DNA of 64,000 nucleotides, from assembly GCA_024278175.1 (NCBI GenBank), contig JAJRTS010000058.1, positions 8,693 through 72,692 of the forward strand, written 5' to 3'. Made by a program: the position numbers and the translations under genes. Source of the DNA: Gemmatimonadales bacterium (GTDB taxonomy: Bacteria; Gemmatimonadota; Glassbacteria; GWA2-58-10). Below are positions 59,333 through 64,000 of the stretch, piece by piece. The notes below the pieces were generated by a model. The model did no database searches. It had not been told where the DNA came from and saw nothing but the letters and a program-made list of their open reading frames with translations. Position 1 is the first letter of the stretch. Each line of letters starts with the position of its first letter.

Positions 59333-60607
59333 ATGAAAACGGGAAAGATATTCGGTTTGAAACCAATCGGAGCAATCCTGGCGCTGTTGCTGATCGCCCC
59401 GGTACAGGCCGCCGCGCAGATGGACCGTCCGTTCCAGACCGTGCCCAGCACCTACGAGGATGCCTACGACGACATGACCCGCATGCCCACGATCAAGCTG
59501 GAGCAGGGCGAGGCCGTGCCGCTGGAGGGGCCGGTGGACCGCGAGACGTATCTCCTGGGTCCGGGCGACCATGTCGACGTCTCGGTCTGGGGAGTAGAAC
59601 CGCCGATCAACAACGATCTGTACGTAAGCGCCGAGGGCAGGCTGCTGGTGTCGCCCGTGGGCGCGGTGGAAGTGGGGGGGATTTCGCTGGCCGAGGCCGA
59701 GCGCAAGGTGGTGGACGCGCTGAGGGAATACTACGGCTCGCGGATGCGGATCACACTGACCCTGGTTGGCCCGCGCAAGTTTCGCGCCTACGCCGCCGGC
59801 GCTGTCAAGTTCCCCGGCGCCTACAAGCTGACCGCGCTCGACAGGGTCAACGCTCTGCTGCGCGCCGCCGGAGGGATCAGGTCCGGGGCCAGCCGCCGCA
59901 GGGTGAAACTCTACGACAGGGACCGGGTACTGATCAGGGAAGTGGACCTGCTGCAATACCAGGCACTGGGGCTGCAGGAAGACAATCCGCGGGTTCCCGA
60001 CGGGGGGATCGTGGAAGTGCCGGCGATCGGAGATTACGTGATTTTCAGCGGCAAGTTTCCTCAGATCTACGGCATGGATTCGGTAAAAATCCGCAACTAC
60101 CAGACAGAACCGAAGACCCAGTTCATGGTCGAGTTCAAGGAAGACGAAACCCTGCTCGACCTGCTCAGGCTCACCGGGGCTCCGGAGATGCCCGATACCG
60201 CGCTGATCGGTAACGTGACTGTCAGCAGCGGCGTCCCCGGCAAGGGCAAGGCAGTGGCGCTGACCAGCCGGATGCTGGAAGAGCCGCTGATCAAGGGCCG
60301 GTTTTTCGAGTTCCCGCTGCGGGACAACTGGGTGTTTGTCACGGGCTCCACCAATGCGTGGGGACGTTTTCAGTACAGGCCGGGCTGGGTTGTGCAGGAT
60401 TATCTGGGCCAGGCGGGCGGACCTAACTGGAACGGCAGCAAGAAGATTTATCTGCGCCGCAAGGACGGCAAGCAAGTCAGGGCTAGCGCTGTTGATCCGG
60501 TATATCCGGGTGATGTGATCTATGTGCCGGAGAAATTTCGGATAGAGCGATATTGGGCGGCCGGTGTCAGTTTGCTGGGCACGGTGCTGATCATTGTAAC
60601 AAGATGA
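59333..60607 (+). CDS. wza: polysaccharide export protein Wza-like (Poly_export plus SLBB domains)
   Basis: Signal peptide, LGPGDHVDVSVWG Poly_export motif, repeated SLBB-like modules. Confidence 0.8.
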   Translation: MKTGKIFGLKPIGAILALLLIAPVQAAAQMDRPFQTVPSTYEDAYDDMTRMPTIKLEQGEAVPLEGPVDRETYLLGPGDHVDVSVWGVEPPINNDLYVSAEGRLLVSPVGAVEVGGISLAEAERKVVDALREYYGSRMRITLTLVGPRKFRAYAAGAVKFPGAYKLTALDRVNALLRAAGGIRSGASRRRVKLYDRDRVLIREVDLLQYQALGLQEDNPRVPDGGIVEVPAIGDYVIFSGKFPQIYGMDSVKIRNYQTEPKTQFMVEFKEDETLLDLLRLTGAPEMPDTALIGNVTVSSGVPGKGKAVALTSRMLEEPLIKGRFFEFPLRDNWVFVTGSTNAWGRFQYRPGWVVQDYLGQAGGPNWNGSKKIYLRRKDGKQVRASAVDPVYPGDVIYVPEKFRIERYWAAGVSLLGTVLIIVTR

Positions 60608-61761
60608 GCTTTGGAGTAACGCCGATGGCCGAAAGAGACTGGCAGCCGATGCAGACGCTGGCCCTGCTGATCAGGCGCTGGAAATTGATTCTCGTGGTGT
60701 GCCTGCTTACCGGGTCCGGCGCGGCCGCGCTGAATTTTTTCGTCCTGCCGCACTGGTACCGCTCCACGGCCGTGATTATGCCGCCCCAGGATAACTCGTC
60801 GTTCAGCGGGTTGGGGATGCTGCTCTCGCGTGTCCCCGACCTTCCCGGCGGTATCAGCAGGATCGCCAGCGGGATGGGCGCGATGAGCCAGTCGCAGTAC
60901 CTGTTCGTGGTGATCCTCAACAGCCAGACTGTCGCCGACTCGCTGATGGATAAGTTCGACCTCCTGAAGGTTTACGACGAGGAGTATCGCTTCCTGGCCC
61001 GTAAAGAGCTGCGCAACCACACCTGGATTGATTTCCCGCCGGAGGGGCAGGTGGTGATTACCGTGGAAGCTAAGGAAGACCCCGCCCTGGCCCGTGATAT
61101 GGCGCTGGAATATTATATCCAGCTCAATAACATTGTCACCGACAGGATGATCAACGCGGCCAGCACCAAGCGTAAATTTCTGGCCGGGCGGATTGCCGAG
61201 ACAAAAGCGCGGTTGACCGTTGTCGAGGACAGTCTGGTCAGTTTCCAGCGGGAGCGTGACGTGGTGGTGCCGGCCGATGAGCCGGGGGGAGTGGGCGAAC
61301 TGCTGACTCTGCCGGTGCAGGGCAACCTGGAGATTCTGGCCCAGATCGAGGTGGAGCGGGAAGCTAAATCCATCGAGCTGAGGGTCAAGCAGTCGTTTTA
61401 CCGGCCGAATCATCCGGATATCATGATGCTCAAGAAACAGATCAAGGAACTCGACCGCACTATTACCAGGATCGAGAGCCAGATGCCGCAAATATCGCTG
61501 GATTTCGTCCGGCTCTACAGGTCACTGAAAGTTCAGGAGGAACTCCTGCTGCTGCTGACCGCCCAGTACGAGGAAGCCCGGATCAACGAGGCCGACAACT
61601 CTCCCACGGCCGTGCTGCTCGACACCCCGGAGTTGCCCGAATACAAGTACCGCCCCAAACGGTTGCTCAACACTTTGATCGCCACCGTGGGCGCGATGCT
61701 GCTGGTCTGTATCGTGGTCGTGCTGACCGAGCGCTACCGCGAACAGAACCGGATGGTTTGA
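60604..61761 (+). CDS. wzz: polysaccharide chain-length determinant (Wzz/PCP family) protein
   Basis: N- and C-terminal TM segments with coiled-coil periplasmic domain; ATGA overlap with wza. Confidence 0.7.
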   Translation: MSFGVTPMAERDWQPMQTLALLIRRWKLILVVCLLTGSGAAALNFFVLPHWYRSTAVIMPPQDNSSFSGLGMLLSRVPDLPGGISRIASGMGAMSQSQYLFVVILNSQTVADSLMDKFDLLKVYDEEYRFLARKELRNHTWIDFPPEGQVVITVEAKEDPALARDMALEYYIQLNNIVTDRMINAASTKRKFLAGRIAETKARLTVVEDSLVSFQRERDVVVPADEPGGVGELLTLPVQGNLEILAQIEVEREAKSIELRVKQSFYRPNHPDIMMLKKQIKELDRTITRIESQMPQISLDFVRLYRSLKVQEELLLLLTAQYEEARINEADNSPTAVLLDTPELPEYKYRPKRLLNTLIATVGAMLLVCIVVVLTERYREQNRMV

Positions 61762-62193
61762 GCCGCAAGCCGCCGCAGTCTGCTCCCTTTCCAGGCCGTG
61801 CTTTTTCTTCTATAGTCGTGCTTCTCCTGTCTCGCGGCGCGGGTTCCCCCTGCTGATTCCCGGTATTTCAACTGCTTTTGACTCCACTCCCCCCCGCAGG
61901 CTGATCGGGCGCCCGCAGCCGCGTATTATTTACCCCTGCCGGATTGGCATGACGCCCCGGCCGGATTCGGCAAGATTGCCGGCTGGGACGCAACGCCTGT
62001 AAGTGCCGTATCTTTCGTGTCCGCAGGTGGTTGGGCTGGCCTGCCTGTCTCGTTCTCGTAAATTGGCACGGAATTTCCCTTAATACTACGGGTATGTGGA
62101 GCCGATGTATTTTGCGGTTGGCATAAAAGCCGGGCAGGGGAAGGTTGTTAATAAACCGGAATATTGTTTATCAAGCAAGTGAGGTGGGTGGAA

Positions 62194-64000
62194 ATGATCA
62201 GGATGGACAGGTTTACACTCAAGGCCCAGGAGGCCGTGGCCGGAGCCGCAACGCTGGCCCGGGATGCACGCGCGCCGGAGCAGGGGCCGCAGCACCTGCT
62301 GCTGGCCCTGCTCGATGACGGCGAGGGGATTGTCGCGCCGTTGCTGCAGAAGCTGGAGGTGCCGCTGGAGGTGTTGCGCGCAAGGGTCCGCGAGCTGGTC
62401 GAGGGCGGGGTTAAAACCAGCGGGCGGACTCTGGAAGTGGCTCCCGGACCGGCGTTGCGGCGTGTGCTGGAGCAGGCTGTCGACGAGGCGGGCGAGATGG
62501 AGGACGAGTATGTCAGCACGGAGCACCTGCTGCTGGCTCTGGCGCAGTCCGCCGATCAGACCGGGAAACTGTTGTCCGGCATGGGCGCGGGCCGCGAGTC
62601 ACTGGTCAAGGCCCTGGCGACTCTTCGCGATGGGCAGCGTGTTACTGACCAGAACCCCGAAGACAAGTTTCAGGCCCTGAAGCGTTTTACCCGCGACCTG
62701 GTGGCCGATGCGCGCAAGGGCAAACTGGACCCGGTGATCGGGCGCGACAGCGAGATCCGGCGGGTGATACAGGTGCTCAGCCGTCGCACGAAAAACAATC
62801 CCGTGTTGATCGGTGAGCCGGGGGTGGGCAAGACCGCGATAGTCGAGGGGCTGGCCCAGCGGATTGCCGATGGCGACGTGCCGGAGGGCCTTAAACGCCG
62901 CAAGCTGCTGGGTCTGGACCTGGGGCTGATGTTGGCCGGGGCCAAGTTCCGCGGCGAATTCGAGGAGCGGATGAAGGCGGTCCTGCGCGAGATCGAGCAG
63001 GCGGAGGGCGGGATAGTGCTCTTTATCGACGAGTTACACACGCTGGTGGGGACCGGTGCGGCCGAGGGCGCGGTTGACGCCTCCAACATGCTCAAACCGG
63101 CGCTCGCCCGCGGAGACCTTCGCTGCGTGGGAGCCACCACACTCAACGAATACCGGAAATATATCGAGAAAGACGCCGCCCTTGAGCGGCGCTTCCAGCA
63201 GGTCTATGTCGGTGAGCCCACAGTGGAGGACACGGTTTCCATCCTGCGCGGGCTTAAGGAACGCTACGAGGTGCATCACGGCGTGCGCATCCAGGACTCG
63301 GCGATTATCGCCGCCGCCACGCTGAGCGAGCGCTATATCACCGACCGCCAGTTGCCGGACAAGGCTATAGACCTGATAGACGAGGCAGCCAGCAGTCTGC
63401 GCGTGGAGATCGACTCCATGCCCGCCGAGATCGACTCCGTGCAGCGGCGGATCACCCGCTTGCAGATCGAACGGGAGGCGCTGAAAAAGGAGCGCGACAA
63501 AGCCAGCCGTCAGCGGCTGGGTGAGCTGGAGCAGGAACTCTCCGGTCTTGAGGAGGAGATGCGCTCGCTGCGCCTGCACTGGGAAAACGAGAAGAGCCAG
63601 ATCACCCGTATCCGCGAGCTGACCGAGACCGTGGAGCAACTCCGCCGCCAGGCCGCCGAGGCCGAGAAAGAGGGCGACCTCAGCCTGGCCGCCGAACTTC
63701 GCTACGGCCGTCTGACTGCGATGGAGAAAGAGATCGAAGAGGCCAGGGCGCGCCTCGCCGACCTTCAGCGGGAGAAGAAAATCCTCAGCGAGGAGATCGA
63801 GGACGGGGATATCGCCGCGGTGGTGGCCCGCTGGACCGGCGTACCAGTGGACAAGTTGCTCGAGGGTGAGCGGGATAAGCTGCTGAAAATGGAGGACCGG
63901 CTCAGGAACCGGGTGGTGGGCCAGGACCACGCGGTGGAACTTGTGGCCGACGCGATCCGCCGGGGGCGGGCCGGGCTCACCACCGGCCATCACCCCATCG
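62194..64000 (+). CDS. clpB: ATP-dependent chaperone ClpB, 3'-truncated by window edge
   Basis: [15 protein letters not shown]..., Walker [10 protein letters not shown], middle coiled-coil domain; frame verified open to position 64000 (not in ORF track because no stop within window). Confidence 0.9.
   Translation, partial: MIRMDRFTLKAQEAVAGAATLARDARAPEQGPQHLLLALLDDGEGIVAPLLQKLEVPLEVLRARVRELVEGGVKTSGRTLEVAPGPALRRVLEQAVDEAGEMEDEYVSTEHLLLALAQSADQTGKLLSGMGAGRESLVKALATLRDGQRVTDQNPEDKFQALKRFTRDLVADARKGKLDPVIGRDSEIRRVIQVLSRRTKNNPVLIGEPGVGKTAIVEGLAQRIADGDVPEGLKRRKLLGLDLGLMLAGAKFRGEFEERMKAVLREIEQAEGGIVLFIDELHTLVGTGAAEGAVDASNMLKPALARGDLRCVGATTLNEYRKYIEKDAALERRFQQVYVGEPTVEDTVSILRGLKERYEVHHGVRIQDSAIIAAATLSERYITDRQLPDKAIDLIDEAASSLRVEIDSMPAEIDSVQRRITRLQIEREALKKERDKASRQRLGELEQELSGLEEEMRSLRLHWENEKSQITRIRELTETVEQLRRQAAEAEKEGDLSLAAELRYGRLTAMEKEIEEARARLADLQREKKILSEEIEDGDIAAVVARWTGVPVDKLLEGERDKLLKMEDRLRNRVVGQDHAVELVADAIRRGRAGLTTGHHPI

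Noticed and set aside
1-64000. CRISPR arrays, tRNA or rRNA genes
   Set aside because: No regularly spaced direct repeats and no tRNA-like GTTCGA/T-loop signatures found in the intergenic regions inspected.

Overview
High-GC (~65%) bacterial chromosomal window, probably from the Fibrobacteres-Chlorobi-Bacteroidetes (FCB)/Gemmatimonadetes-like group judging from the gldA/gldF/gldG cluster, the many TPR and Tat/lipoprotein exported proteins, and the GC content. It reads as core genome, not an obvious defense island.

Gene content, in order:
- 0-11.5 kb: a carbohydrate-utilisation locus. It holds Tat-exported aldo/keto reductases, a Tat-exported xylose-isomerase-like TIM-barrel protein, an FMN-binding lipoprotein, a DUF1080 lipoprotein, a galactokinase-like GHMP kinase, a ROK kinase, a sodium:solute symporter and an amidohydrolase.
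- 11.7-18.7 kb: a housekeeping operon on the minus strand, dnaX-ybaB-recR-pgsA-pgpA-cinA, plus tatA, a ychF-like GTPase and a 35-aa rubredoxin-like gene.
- 19-23.4 kb: secreted CocE/NonD hydrolase, secreted ADP-ribosylglycohydrolase, DUF5009 membrane protein.
- 23.9-38.6 kb: Na/Pi cotransporter, Fe-S aldo/keto reductase, YbaK-like deacylase, a 1234-aa TPR protein, ddl, folE2, M23 peptidase, a sugar transporter, ispE and a flippase-like membrane protein.
- 38.8-45.9 kb: dnaK, followed by a ~0.6 kb AT-rich islet (~37% GC) carrying an orphan 107-aa ORF. Then a DUF5916/CBM9 protein, a GH5 glycosidase, a SAM methyltransferase and a cold-shock protein with a long acidic tail.
- 46.2-51.3 kb: gldA/gldF/gldG plus a DUF4340 gene.
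- 51.5-54.9 kb: a cluster of a small membrane protein, a receiver-like plus zinc-ribbon protein, a double zinc-ribbon membrane protein, and a KamA-family radical SAM protein with a long N-terminal extension.
- 55.5-64 kb: dacB, marC, wza/wzz and clpB (3' end runs off the window).

Most notable observations:
1. dnaX is split at an A10 homopolymer. The zero frame gives a gamma-like 398-aa product. The tau linker and C-terminal domain (188 codons) lie in the +1/-2 frame, which suggests programmed slippage or a homopolymer sequencing error.
2. Three well-conserved genes (CocE/NonD, ADP-ribosylglycohydrolase, DacB) are each interrupted by exactly one in-frame stop (TAG, TAA, TAA). The downstream frames are otherwise intact and conserved.
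3. There is a ~210-220 bp MITE-like repeat flanked by TA, in two full copies, one internally deleted copy and one end fragment. One copy supplies the G of the marC stop codon.
4. The AT-rich islet after dnaK sits where grpE/dnaJ would be expected.

No CRISPR array, tRNA or rRNA was recognised.
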